Part shown: piece after piece, positions 55,974 to 64,000 of the stretch | Layout of the letters: every line of letters begins with the position of its first letter | How positions within the stretch are numbered: position 1 is the stretch's first letter | Source of the DNA: Pseudorhodoferax sp. | Lineage (GTDB): Bacteria; Pseudomonadota; Gammaproteobacteria; Burkholderiales; Burkholderiaceae_C | NCBI RefSeq assembly: GCF_047601025.1 | Contig: NZ_JASGJZ010000001.1 | Location: forward strand, 5,290,691-5,354,690 | DNA: 64,000 nt | Direction of reading: 5' to 3' | The notes under the pieces: generated by a model | Seen by the model: only the letters and a program-made list of their open reading frames with translations | What the model was told of the DNA's origin: nothing | The model's database searches: none | Translations under genes and position numbers: made by a program

Positions 55974-57584
55974 ATGGCGAACATCGAAACCCATGACTAC
56001 ATCGTGGTCGGCGCCGGCTCGTCGGGGTGCGCCGTGGCCGGCCGCCTGTCCGAGGATCCGTCGATCCGCGTCCTGCTCGTCGAGGCGGGCCCGCCGGCGG
56101 ACGACTTCTGGATCCGCACCCCCGCCGGGATGGCGCGGCTGTTCCTGCACCAGCGCTTCAACTGGAACTACTTCACCGAGCCGGTGCCCACGCTCAACGG
56201 TCGCAAGGTCTACTGGCCGCGCGGCAAGGTGCTGGGCGGCTCCAGCGCCATCAACGGCATGGTCTACATGCGCGGACACCCCAGGGACTACGACCATTGG
56301 GAAAGCCTGGGCAACACGGGCTGGGGCTGGAACAGCGTGCTCGACTACTTCAAGCGCTCGGAATCGAACGCACGAGGCGCCAGTGCCAACCACGGCGGCA
56401 GCGGCCCCTGGCGCGTCAGCGATCCCGTGCTGCGCCACCCCTCCAGCGAGGCCTTCATCGCGGCGGCGGTGCGCACCGGCATTCCGCCCAACGGCGACCT
56501 GAACGGCCCGCCGTACGAAGGCGTGGGCTACCAGCAGTTCAACATCCACGAAGGCCGCCGCCAGACCGCCTACGACGCCTTCATCCGCCCCGTGCGCGGC
56601 CGCCCCAACCTGACCGTGCTCACCGACACCCAGACGCTGAAGGTGTGCATCGAAGGACGCCAGGCCACCGGTATCGAGGTGCAGCACCGCGGCCAGCGCC
56701 GCACCATCGCCGCCGCGCGCGAGGTGGTTCTTTCCGGTGGCGTCATCAACTCCCCGCAACTGCTGATGCTGTCGGGCATCGGCCCGGCGGCGCACCTGCA
56801 CGAGCACGGCATCGCGGTACGCGTGGATGCGCCCGAGGTGGGCCGCAACCTGCACGACCACTGGTTCGGCACCTTCACCCTGCGCACCACGCGCGGCGGC
56901 TCGTACAACCAGGACCTGAACGGACTGCGCAAGTACTGGCATGGACTGCGCTACCTGCTGACCGGCAGAGGCTACCTGGCGCTGGGGGCCTCGCCGCTGT
57001 CGGCCTACGTCAGGAGCAGCCCGGAGCTCGAACAACCCGACCTGCAGCTGGTCTCGCGCGCCATGACCTTCAACTTCAACCCCAAGGGCATCGTCACGGT
57101 CGATGCCTTCCCCGGCATCAGTGCCGCCGTGGTCCTGCTGCAACCGCGCTCGCGCGGTCACCTGCACCTGCGATCCGCCGATCCGCTGCAGCCCGTCGCC
57201 ATCCATCCCCGTTATCTGGACGATCCCGAAGACGGGCGGCGCTTCCTCGTCGGCATGCGGCGCATGCGCCAGATCCTGGCCACCGAGCCGATGGCCGCCC
57301 GGGTGGCCGGCGAGCAGTCGCCGGGCGCGCACGTGACCAGCGACGAAGACTTGCTGGAACACATCAGGAACCAGGGCGCCACCGCCTGGCACCCCGTGGG
57401 CACCTGCCGGATGGGCGTGGACGCGGGCGCCGTGGTGGATCCGAGCCTGCGCGTGCGCGGCATCGATCGGCTGCGCGTGGCCGATGCCTCGGTCATGCCG
57501 CGCATCACCTCCGGCAACACCAGCGCACCGGCCGTGATGATCGGCGAGAAGGCCGCCGACATGATCCGCGCGACTCCTCGCTGA
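55974..57584 (+). CDS. GMC-family FAD oxidoreductase (choline/alcohol dehydrogenase-like)
   Basis: YDYIVVGAGSSGCAVAGRLSED, WPRGKVLGGSSAINGMVYMRG and the C-terminal HPVGTCRMG...LRVADASVMP. Confidence 0.9.
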   Translation: MANIETHDYIVVGAGSSGCAVAGRLSEDPSIRVLLVEAGPPADDFWIRTPAGMARLFLHQRFNWNYFTEPVPTLNGRKVYWPRGKVLGGSSAINGMVYMRGHPRDYDHWESLGNTGWGWNSVLDYFKRSESNARGASANHGGSGPWRVSDPVLRHPSSEAFIAAAVRTGIPPNGDLNGPPYEGVGYQQFNIHEGRRQTAYDAFIRPVRGRPNLTVLTDTQTLKVCIEGRQATGIEVQHRGQRRTIAAAREVVLSGGVINSPQLLMLSGIGPAAHLHEHGIAVRVDAPEVGRNLHDHWFGTFTLRTTRGGSYNQDLNGLRKYWHGLRYLLTGRGYLALGASPLSAYVRSSPELEQPDLQLVSRAMTFNFNPKGIVTVDAFPGISAAVVLLQPRSRGHLHLRSADPLQPVAIHPRYLDDPEDGRRFLVGMRRMRQILATEPMAARVAGEQSPGAHVTSDEDLLEHIRNQGATAWHPVGTCRMGVDAGAVVDPSLRVRGIDRLRVADASVMPRITSGNTSAPAVMIGEKAADMIRATPR

Positions 57585-57640
57585 ACCGCGCCCCGCCCTC
57601 CCCCGACGCCTTCTTTCCCCCATTCAACGGGACCCTTCCC

Positions 57641-58174
57641 ATGACCGAAACCTTGATGGATGTCCACGCCAGGCTGCGCCCTCGCCCCGGCCGACTGCTG
57701 GTCGACGGCCGTTGGCTGGATGGAGGCGGCGCGCGCTTCGAGCAGATCCACCCGGTCAACAACCGGGCAATGACCACGGTCGAGGAAGCGGGCGAGCATG
57801 GCGTCAACCTCGCCGTCGCCGCAGCCCGCAAGGCCTTCGACGAAGGCCCCTGGCCACGCATGCCCGCGCAGGACCGCAAGCGCATCCTGCAGCCCATCGT
57901 CGAGCGCATCTACGCCGCCGAGGAGGAAGCCGTCCGCATCGCCAACGACAGCGAGTACGGGCTGACCGGCACCGTCTACACCACCGACATCACGCGCGCA
58001 TTCCGCGCCGCGCACGCCATCCGCAGCGGCTCGGTGGGCATCAACGGCTACTCGGGCACGCCCAATGCGCCCATGGGCGGCGTCAAGCGCTCGGGCATCG
58101 GCCGCGAGGGCGGCTGGCCCGCCATCGAGGCCTTCACCGAGCTCAAGACCATCAGCATCAACCTGGATGCATGA
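57641..58174 (+). pseudogene. Aldehyde dehydrogenase with large in-frame internal deletion (177 aa mini-ORF)
   Basis: The ALDH N-terminal ~95 aa (LVDGRWLDGGG...AARKAFDEGPWPRMPAQDRKRILQPIVERIYA) is joined directly to the ALDH C-terminal ~80 aa (AVRIANDSEYGLTGTVYTTDI...GGVKRSGIGREGG). The catalytic Glu/Cys core is absent. Confidence 0.75.
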
Positions 58175-58221
58175 CGCCGAACCGTGACGAAGCACACCAC
58201 CCCGAAGAGGAGACGGACGAA

Positions 58222-59229
58222 ATGAAGCAGATGCACCGTGCACGAAGGACCCTGCTGGGTGCGCTCGGAGCGCTGGCGATGGCCGTGCCGGGCGGTCCGG
58301 CGCAGGCGCAGGCGCAGGCGCAGGCGCAGGCGGCGTACCCCGACCGCGCCCGCCCCATCCGCATCATCACGCCGTCGGGCGCAGGCAGCATCGTCGATCT
58401 GCTGGCGCGTGCTCAGGCCAAGGCCATGGCCGACGTGGCGGGGCTGAACGTGGTGGTCGACAACAGGCCCGGCGCGGAACTGGTGCTGGGCATCCAGACA
58501 TTCATGAACTCGCCGGCCGACGGCTACACCATGCTGGTGACCAGCAGCTCCAGCCACGCGATCAACCCCGTGCTGATGCCCAAGCTGCCCTACGACCCGC
58601 TGACGGACTTCGCTGCGCTGACAGGCATTGCCAAGGGCAGCCTGATCATGAACCTGGGGCCCAGTACCCCCTTCAGATCCGCCGGGGAACTCGTTGCCGC
58701 AGCCAAAGCCAGTCCCGGCAAGTACACGTGCGGCAGCGCCTCCACGACGACCCGGCTGGCCTGCGAGCTGTTCGAGACCACCGCGCGTGTCAAGACCCTG
58801 AACGTGCCGTACAAGACGGTCGCAGCCGCCATGACGGCCCTGGCCGCCGGCGAGACCGACCTGTTTTTCATCGACCTCGGCTCGTCGCGCGCGCAATGGC
58901 AGTCTGGCCGCGTGCGCGGCGTGGCCACCACCAGCCCGACGCGCCCGAGCATGCTGCCCGAGATACCCACGATGCAGGAGCAAGGTGTCGGGGACTACGA
59001 GGTGACAGCCTGGTTCGCTGCCTACTTCCCCCGGAACACTCCGCCCAAGATCGTGCACGCGATGCAGAAGATCCTCGCCGAGGCGCACAGAACCGCGGCC
59101 TTCTCCGAGATGCTGGACGCCAACGCGCTGGAGCCCCTGCCACTGGCCGGCGACGCGCTCATCGAGATGAACCGCAAGGAGATCGACAAATGGAAGCGGG
59201 TGGTGCAACAGCAGAGCCCCGCCCGATAG
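58222..59229 (+). CDS. Bug-family (TctC-like) periplasmic substrate-binding protein
   Basis: A signal peptide with an AQAQAQAQAQ repeat is followed by YPDRARPIRIITPSGAGSIVD, the Bug-type N-terminus. 335 aa. Confidence 0.85.
   Translation: MKQMHRARRTLLGALGALAMAVPGGPAQAQAQAQAQAAYPDRARPIRIITPSGAGSIVDLLARAQAKAMADVAGLNVVVDNRPGAELVLGIQTFMNSPADGYTMLVTSSSSHAINPVLMPKLPYDPLTDFAALTGIAKGSLIMNLGPSTPFRSAGELVAAAKASPGKYTCGSASTTTRLACELFETTARVKTLNVPYKTVAAAMTALAAGETDLFFIDLGSSRAQWQSGRVRGVATTSPTRPSMLPEIPTMQEQGVGDYEVTAWFAAYFPRNTPPKIVHAMQKILAEAHRTAAFSEMLDANALEPLPLAGDALIEMNRKEIDKWKRVVQQQSPAR
58300..58332. repeat. Hexanucleotide repeat (GCGCAG) x 5.5 inside the Bug signal-peptide coding region
   Basis: Read directly. 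It encodes the (AQ)n stretch just before the predicted signal-peptide cleavage region. Confidence 0.9.
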
Positions 59230-59303
59230 CCGCCGTCGGCATGACGGCGCCTGGTCGCGGCATGACCGCCGCAATGGAATTTGAATCACAAGGAGACTGA
59301 ACC

Positions 59304-60782
59304 ATGGCGAACACGAAACCGGCTTTGAACATCCCCCACGCCGAATCCCTCTTCATCGGCGGCCAGTGGGTGGCGCCCTCCACCGGCGAGAGCTTCGCCG
59401 TGCTCAACTGCGCCACCGAGGAAGTCGTCGCGCACGTGGCCAAGGCCGGCGAGGCCGACGTGGCCGCCGCCGTGCAGGCCGCCCGCCAGGCCTTCGACCA
59501 CGGCCCCTGGCCGCGCATGACGCCGGCCGAGCGCGCCGTCTACATGGACCGGATCGCCGAGCGCGTGGAGGCGCTCAACGATGATTTCGCCCGCATCTGG
59601 AGCGTGGAGTCCGGCGTGCTCTACAAGATCGCCCAGCCGCGCGTGGGCCAGTACCTGAGCGGGGCGTTCCGCCGCTACTCGGCGATGGCGCAGACCTATC
59701 CGTTCGTCGAGCCGGTCACCTCCGTCACCGGCCACCGCGGCTACCGGGTGCAGGAGCCGGTGGGCGTGGCGGTGGCCATCGTGCCGTGGAACGGGCCGGC
59801 CGGCCTGATCGCCTACAAGGTGGCGCCGGCGCTGCTGGCCGGCTGCACGGTGATCATCAAGAACTCGCCCGAGGCGCCCTGCTCGGGCTATCTGTTCGCG
59901 CAGATCTGCCAGGAGGTGGGGCTGCCGCCGGGCGTGGTCAACATGCTGACGGCCGACCGCGACGTGTCCGAGGCGCTGGTGCGCAATCCGGGCGTGGACA
60001 AGATCACCTTCACCGGCTCGACCGCCGCGGGCCGGCGCATCGGCGCGGTGGCGGCCGAGCGCGTGGCGCGCTGCACGCTGGAGCTGGGCGGCAAGTCGCC
60101 GGCCGTGGTGCTGGACGACTACGACGTCGAGACGGCCGCCAAGGCGCTGGGCGCGCCGTACTTCAGCTACCTGACCGGGCAGGTGTGCGCCAGCCTGACG
60201 CGCATCATCGTGCCGCGCGCCAAGCACGATGCGATGGTGGAGGCGCTGGTGGCGGCCGCGCGCGGCATGGTGCTGGGCGATCCGCTGGACGGCGCCACCA
60301 CCATGGGGCCGCTGGCCACGGCGCGCCAGCGCGAGACCGTGGAGCAACTGCTGGCCAAGAGCCTGGCCGACGGCGCGCAGCTGGCCACCGGCGGGGCCAG
60401 GCCCCAACAGCCGGGGCGCGGCTTTTTCTTCGAGCCCACGGTGCTGGCGCATGTCGACAACCGCTCCTTCGCGGCCCGCAACGAGTTCTTCGGCCCGGTG
60501 CTCTCGGTCATCGCCGCCGACAGCGAGCAGCACGCCATCGACATGGCCAACGACACCATCTACGGCCTGAACGCGGCCGTGTTCACGCACGATGCCGAGC
60601 GCGCCATGCAGGTGGCGCGCCAGCTGCGCTCGGGCACCGTGGGCCACAACGCCTCGCGCTACGACTTCTCCATCGGCTTCGGCGGATTCAAGCAGTCCGG
60701 CATAGGCCGCGAGGGTGGCGAGGGCGGGCTGGAGGCCTTCCTGGAGTCCAAGGCCGTCGTGCTCGACCAATTGGCTGCCTGA
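59304..60782 (+). CDS. Aldehyde dehydrogenase (full length)
   Basis: 492 aa. VAIVPWNGP, FTGSTAAGRRI, LELGGKSP (Glu), the catalytic Cys region GQVCASLTR, and PFGGFKQSGIGREGG. Confidence 0.9.
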   Translation: MANTKPALNIPHAESLFIGGQWVAPSTGESFAVLNCATEEVVAHVAKAGEADVAAAVQAARQAFDHGPWPRMTPAERAVYMDRIAERVEALNDDFARIWSVESGVLYKIAQPRVGQYLSGAFRRYSAMAQTYPFVEPVTSVTGHRGYRVQEPVGVAVAIVPWNGPAGLIAYKVAPALLAGCTVIIKNSPEAPCSGYLFAQICQEVGLPPGVVNMLTADRDVSEALVRNPGVDKITFTGSTAAGRRIGAVAAERVARCTLELGGKSPAVVLDDYDVETAAKALGAPYFSYLTGQVCASLTRIIVPRAKHDAMVEALVAAARGMVLGDPLDGATTMGPLATARQRETVEQLLAKSLADGAQLATGGARPQQPGRGFFFEPTVLAHVDNRSFAARNEFFGPVLSVIAADSEQHAIDMANDTIYGLNAAVFTHDAERAMQVARQLRSGTVGHNASRYDFSIGFGGFKQSGIGREGGEGGLEAFLESKAVVLDQLAA

Positions 60783-60899
60783 CCAGCCGCGCGCCGGCAA
60801 CCTGTGAATTCCGATGCCTGAATCCTGCCCCCCGCTGTCGCGGGAATGACGGAGAGAAATGCGGCTGAAGCCGCGAATACCTTGAAAGGATGGTTCTGA

Positions 60900-61670
60900 A
60901 TGGTTAATCCTATGCTCGACGGCAAGATCATCATGATCACAGGCGCCGGTGGAGGAATCGGCGCGGCCACCGCCTCGTTGGCTGCCGCGGAAGGCGCCAG
61001 CGTGGTGCTCACCGATGTCAACAAGGAGGCGGTCGAGGCAACAGCAGCGGCCGTGCGGGCTGCCGGCGGCTCGGTGCTGGCGGTGGCCGCGGATCTGACC
61101 AAGGGTGACGAGGTCAACGCCGTCGTCAAAGCCGCGGTCGCCGCATATGGCCGCCTCGACGGCGCCTTCAACAACGCAGGCGTGTCCGGGGGACAGATCG
61201 GACAACAAGGTCGCCGCGTCGGAGAGTGGGATGAAGCCGCTTTCGACCTGGCGGTCGCGGTCAACCTCAAGGGCGTATGGCTGTGCATGCGAGCTCAGCT
61301 GGCGCAGATGGAACAGCAGGGCGGCGGGTCCATCGTGAACACGGCTTCGCTCGCGGGGCTCACCGGGTTCAAGTCCACAGCGGGCTACGCGGCGTCCAAG
61401 CATGGCGTAGTCGGCTTGACCAAGACCGCAGCGATCGAATACGCGTCATCGGGCATACGGGCGAACGTGCTTTGCCCGGGGTACACCGACACCAACCTCA
61501 TGAAGGAAGCTCAGCGCCAGCTCGGCGACGCATTGCTGGCCCGGATTCCGGCACGTCGACTCGCCTCGCCCGACGACATCGCGCAGATGGCCTGCTGGCT
61601 GCTGTCCGACCGCTCGTCGTATGCCACTGGCAGCGAGTTCGTGGTCGACGGCGGCTACATGGCGGGCTGA
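60900..61670 (+). CDS. Classical SDR-family oxidoreductase
   Basis: ITGAGGGIGAA, NNAG, and the catalytic YAASKHGVVGLTK; 256 aa. Confidence 0.9.
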   Translation: MVNPMLDGKIIMITGAGGGIGAATASLAAAEGASVVLTDVNKEAVEATAAAVRAAGGSVLAVAADLTKGDEVNAVVKAAVAAYGRLDGAFNNAGVSGGQIGQQGRRVGEWDEAAFDLAVAVNLKGVWLCMRAQLAQMEQQGGGSIVNTASLAGLTGFKSTAGYAASKHGVVGLTKTAAIEYASSGIRANVLCPGYTDTNLMKEAQRQLGDALLARIPARRLASPDDIAQMACWLLSDRSSYATGSEFVVDGGYMAG

Positions 61671-61846
61671 GATGGATCCCATCCGCACCCCATCGACATA
61701 TTCGAGCACTTCACTCAAACATACTTTCGGGTGCTTTCTTGGACGCTTCCCACCTCGCAGCATCATGCATGGCGTGATGCGATGCCTTCCCCATCGATGC
61801 GGCGTCATCGAAATGGGCCTCCCGCACCTGAGTTGCCATTTCTTCC

Positions 61847-63208
61847 ATGAGAAGGGATAACCCGTCCATGAAATCTCAAATCAAAAAGAAGGGGACACCC
61901 GGGTTCATCCTGGGTCTTTGCTTCCTCACGATGCTCGGCGACGGTTTCGACCTGACGATCTACGGTGCCACGCTACCGTCACTCATGCACCAGTTCGGCA
62001 CGAACAGGCAGGCACTCGCCAACATCCATAGTGCGACGCTTGCCGCCATGATGGTGGGCTTCATCATCTCCGGGCCGGTCGCGGACAGGATCGGCCGCCG
62101 GATTCCCATCATCAGCGGTCTTCTCATGTTTTCGCTGCTCAACGGTGCCTGTGCCTTGGCCACCTCCCTGAGCATGTTCGGGGCGCTGCGGATCGCTTCG
62201 GGAATCTTTCTCGGATCGGTGATGCCGTCCGTGATCTCGCTCGTGGCAGAGTTCGCGCCACGGGAGCGCCGTCAGTCATACAACGGAATCGCCCTGCTCG
62301 GCTACCCCTTCGGCAGCATTGTCGTGACCATCATCGCGCTGAGTGTTCTCCCCAAGGCCAGTGAGCTGGCGGTCGCGGCCGCGGCTGGCGTGCCGCTGGG
62401 AAACTGGCGCGTGGTCTATGGCTTTGCGGCGCTGTTCCTCCTCATTGTCCCCATCATGATCTTCAGGCTGCCGGAATCACCCGGATTCCTGATGGCCAAA
62501 GGGCGTGAAGAAGAGGCGCTCAGAATCGTTCACGAGTGGGGAGTGAACCCCGATGACGTGTACGCGGAGAAGAAGCTCTCGGACGACGCTGGAGCCGGCG
62601 GCTACAAGATGGTCCTCTCGCGCAAGTACATCGTCGCGACCATCATCTTCACACTCGTCGTTTTCTGCCAGCAGGTGCTGACCTACGGGCCGAACACCTG
62701 GCTGCCTGCGATGACCGCGGAAATGGGATTCGTCGGCATGCAGGGTACCTGGGCCCTCCTATGCATGTCATTCGGCGCCGTCGTCGGCACCTACCTGGGG
62801 TCGCGCATCGCGGATCAAGGTAGCGGGACTCGCACCATCATTCCGTACTTCCTCCTCGCATCGATGTCGTTGATCGTGTTGGCGTTCGGGCGGGAACTCG
62901 GGGCTGCCGCGATCTTCATCGCCGCTTTCTTCGCCGGATTCAGCATCACCGGCTCGACCGCTTTGATGTATGGAATCATCGCCTCGCACTACCCGGTATC
63001 GAGCCGTGGGTCCGCAATCGGATTCTGCGTGGGTGTGGCCCGCTTTGGCGGCCTTCTCGGCCCGCAGATTGGCGCGCTGTTCCTCGCTGCCAAGGCAGGA
63101 CTGCTGGCATTCATGACGCTCGCTCTTGCCGGCGCGATCCTGGTCACGATCCTGCGGATCCACGAAGGTCACCGCCCACCGGCGCTCGGGCCGCGGCAGG
63201 GAGCCTGA
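61847..63208 (+). CDS. MFS transporter (aromatic/organic acid:H+ symporter-like)
   Basis: Twelve-TMS profile. MFS motif GPVADRIGRRIPII. The start is 61847 or the Met at 61868. GC is visibly lower than in the neighbouring genes. Confidence 0.85.
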   Translation: MRRDNPSMKSQIKKKGTPGFILGLCFLTMLGDGFDLTIYGATLPSLMHQFGTNRQALANIHSATLAAMMVGFIISGPVADRIGRRIPIISGLLMFSLLNGACALATSLSMFGALRIASGIFLGSVMPSVISLVAEFAPRERRQSYNGIALLGYPFGSIVVTIIALSVLPKASELAVAAAAGVPLGNWRVVYGFAALFLLIVPIMIFRLPESPGFLMAKGREEEALRIVHEWGVNPDDVYAEKKLSDDAGAGGYKMVLSRKYIVATIIFTLVVFCQQVLTYGPNTWLPAMTAEMGFVGMQGTWALLCMSFGAVVGTYLGSRIADQGSGTRTIIPYFLLASMSLIVLAFGRELGAAAIFIAAFFAGFSITGSTALMYGIIASHYPVSSRGSAIGFCVGVARFGGLLGPQIGALFLAAKAGLLAFMTLALAGAILVTILRIHEGHRPPALGPRQGA

Positions 63209-63559
63209 CCATGCGGCGAGTTGACGATCAGCTCGTTCATTGCCTGCCGCCGCGCTCAACCAGGGCCGACGGATCCGGCAGATGGCCGTGCCGCCGCCCC
63301 CGCGTCCCTGCGTACGCCGGTCCGGATCGCCCCGACCGGTGCACGGGCACCAGCAATCGTCATTTTTCCATCGACATGACTTTCTCTCTCGGACACGGTG
63401 TAGCGGTTGCCATGGCCGTCGATGGAGCGCAGGACGCCAATTGGCCGAACCGCGCCTTTCAGCACGTGGCACGGGCGACTGCCCCGGTCCCGTGTCAGGA
63501 GCAGCGCGGGTGCCCTCCTTCCGTGCCCTGCGCATCGACAAGGAGACCACGACGGACAC

Positions 63560-63890
63560 GCCGGCCCGCAGGCCGGCGCGTACCGATCACCGCTGCATCG
63601 CAAGGCATCGGCGAGGGGCTGGCGCAAGCCTGTGCCCGCGCAGGCCGCCACCTGGCACTGGTGGCGCGCTCGGGCGACAAGCTGGAGGCCCCGGCCGCCG
63701 GCCTGCGCGCCGCGGAAGTCACGCCCGCAGGCACCGTGGTGCCGGTCGGCTACCGGCGCCACGGAGCGAGATCTGCGAGGCCTGGCGCGGGTACGTACCG
63801 CGACCGCACCTCGTCGGCGACGCGCCGTCCGCGCGCGACATCCAGCCCGCGATCCGCGAGGACCACCTCGCGGCGCGATCCATTGCCTGA
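63560..63890 (+). pseudogene. Degraded SDR gene fragment (frameshifted)
   Basis: One frame reads VPITAASQGIGEGLAQACARAGRHLALVARSGDKLE, an SDR N-terminus. SDR-like signal (..LVGDAPSARDIQPAIREDHL) then continues in another frame and ends at a stop at 63890. Confidence 0.4.
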
Positions 63891-63908
63891 CCACTGAAAG
63901 GAGACACC

Positions 63909-64000
63909 ATGCCCCAGCTATCCAACGGAAAGTACGTCGTCGTCGGCGGCGCGAGCCTGCTGGGCTCGCACATCGGCGAGCAACTGCTGGCAGCCGGCGC
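63909..64000 (+). CDS. NAD-dependent epimerase/dehydratase-type (extended SDR) protein, 5' part only (runs off window)
   Basis: RBS AAAGGAGA is followed by MPQLSNGKYVVVGGASLLGSHIGEQLLAAG, a GxxGxxG Rossmann N-terminus. Confidence 0.6.
   Translation, partial: MPQLSNGKYVVVGGASLLGSHIGEQLLAAG

Noticed and set aside
53218-57584. Very long ORFs 53218..55962 (-, 914 aa) and 53643..57584 (+, 1313 aa).
   Set aside because: The minus-strand ORF is antisense to the PrpD and binding-protein genes. Only the last 536 codons of the plus-strand ORF (from the ATG at 55974) look like a GMC oxidoreductase. The rest is low-complexity read-through in an alternative frame of upstream genes.

Overview
The window is high-GC (roughly 68-70% by eye), gene-dense betaproteobacterial DNA. 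The many Bug-family binding proteins, LysR regulators and an AKP-tailed HU protein suggest Burkholderiales or Comamonadaceae. I saw no rRNA, tRNA or CRISPR. All family calls come from reading motifs in the supplied translations; no searches were run.

Content from left to right:
1. 0-14.9 kb: small catabolic and redox modules under LysR control, several MFS transporters, and a deletion scar that left two gene remnants.
2. 15-31.9 kb: an iron-piracy island. It holds three TonB-dependent receptors, an orphan siderophore-binding protein, and a Fur-boxed FecI/FecR/STN-receptor operon that also carries a two-domain SAM methyltransferase. A divergent CydDC/YbtPQ-like ABC pair comes with a coupled small ORF and a TetR regulator.
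3. 32-36.5 kb: an operon encoding a cytosine-deaminase-family enzyme, an NMT1-like binding protein and an FAD oxidoreductase, next to a MarR regulator.
4. 36.7-44.7 kb: a tightly coupled five-gene operon, in the order SWIM zinc finger, HEAT-like DUF5691-type protein, MoxR-class AAA+ ATPase, large DUF5682-type protein, CoxE-like vWA protein. As far as I know it has no assigned function. This is my top candidate for an undescribed system.
5. 44.7-47.3 kb: a mobile-element graveyard directly abutting that operon, with a 5'-truncated group II intron, a frameshifted IS256 transposase and a lower-GC stretch I could not assign.
6. 47.2-64 kb: an acyl-CoA and organic-acid catabolic island. It resembles an itaconate-type cluster (MaoC, ACAD, CaiB-type transferase, PrpD) but contains several decayed genes and a tandem LysR duplication.
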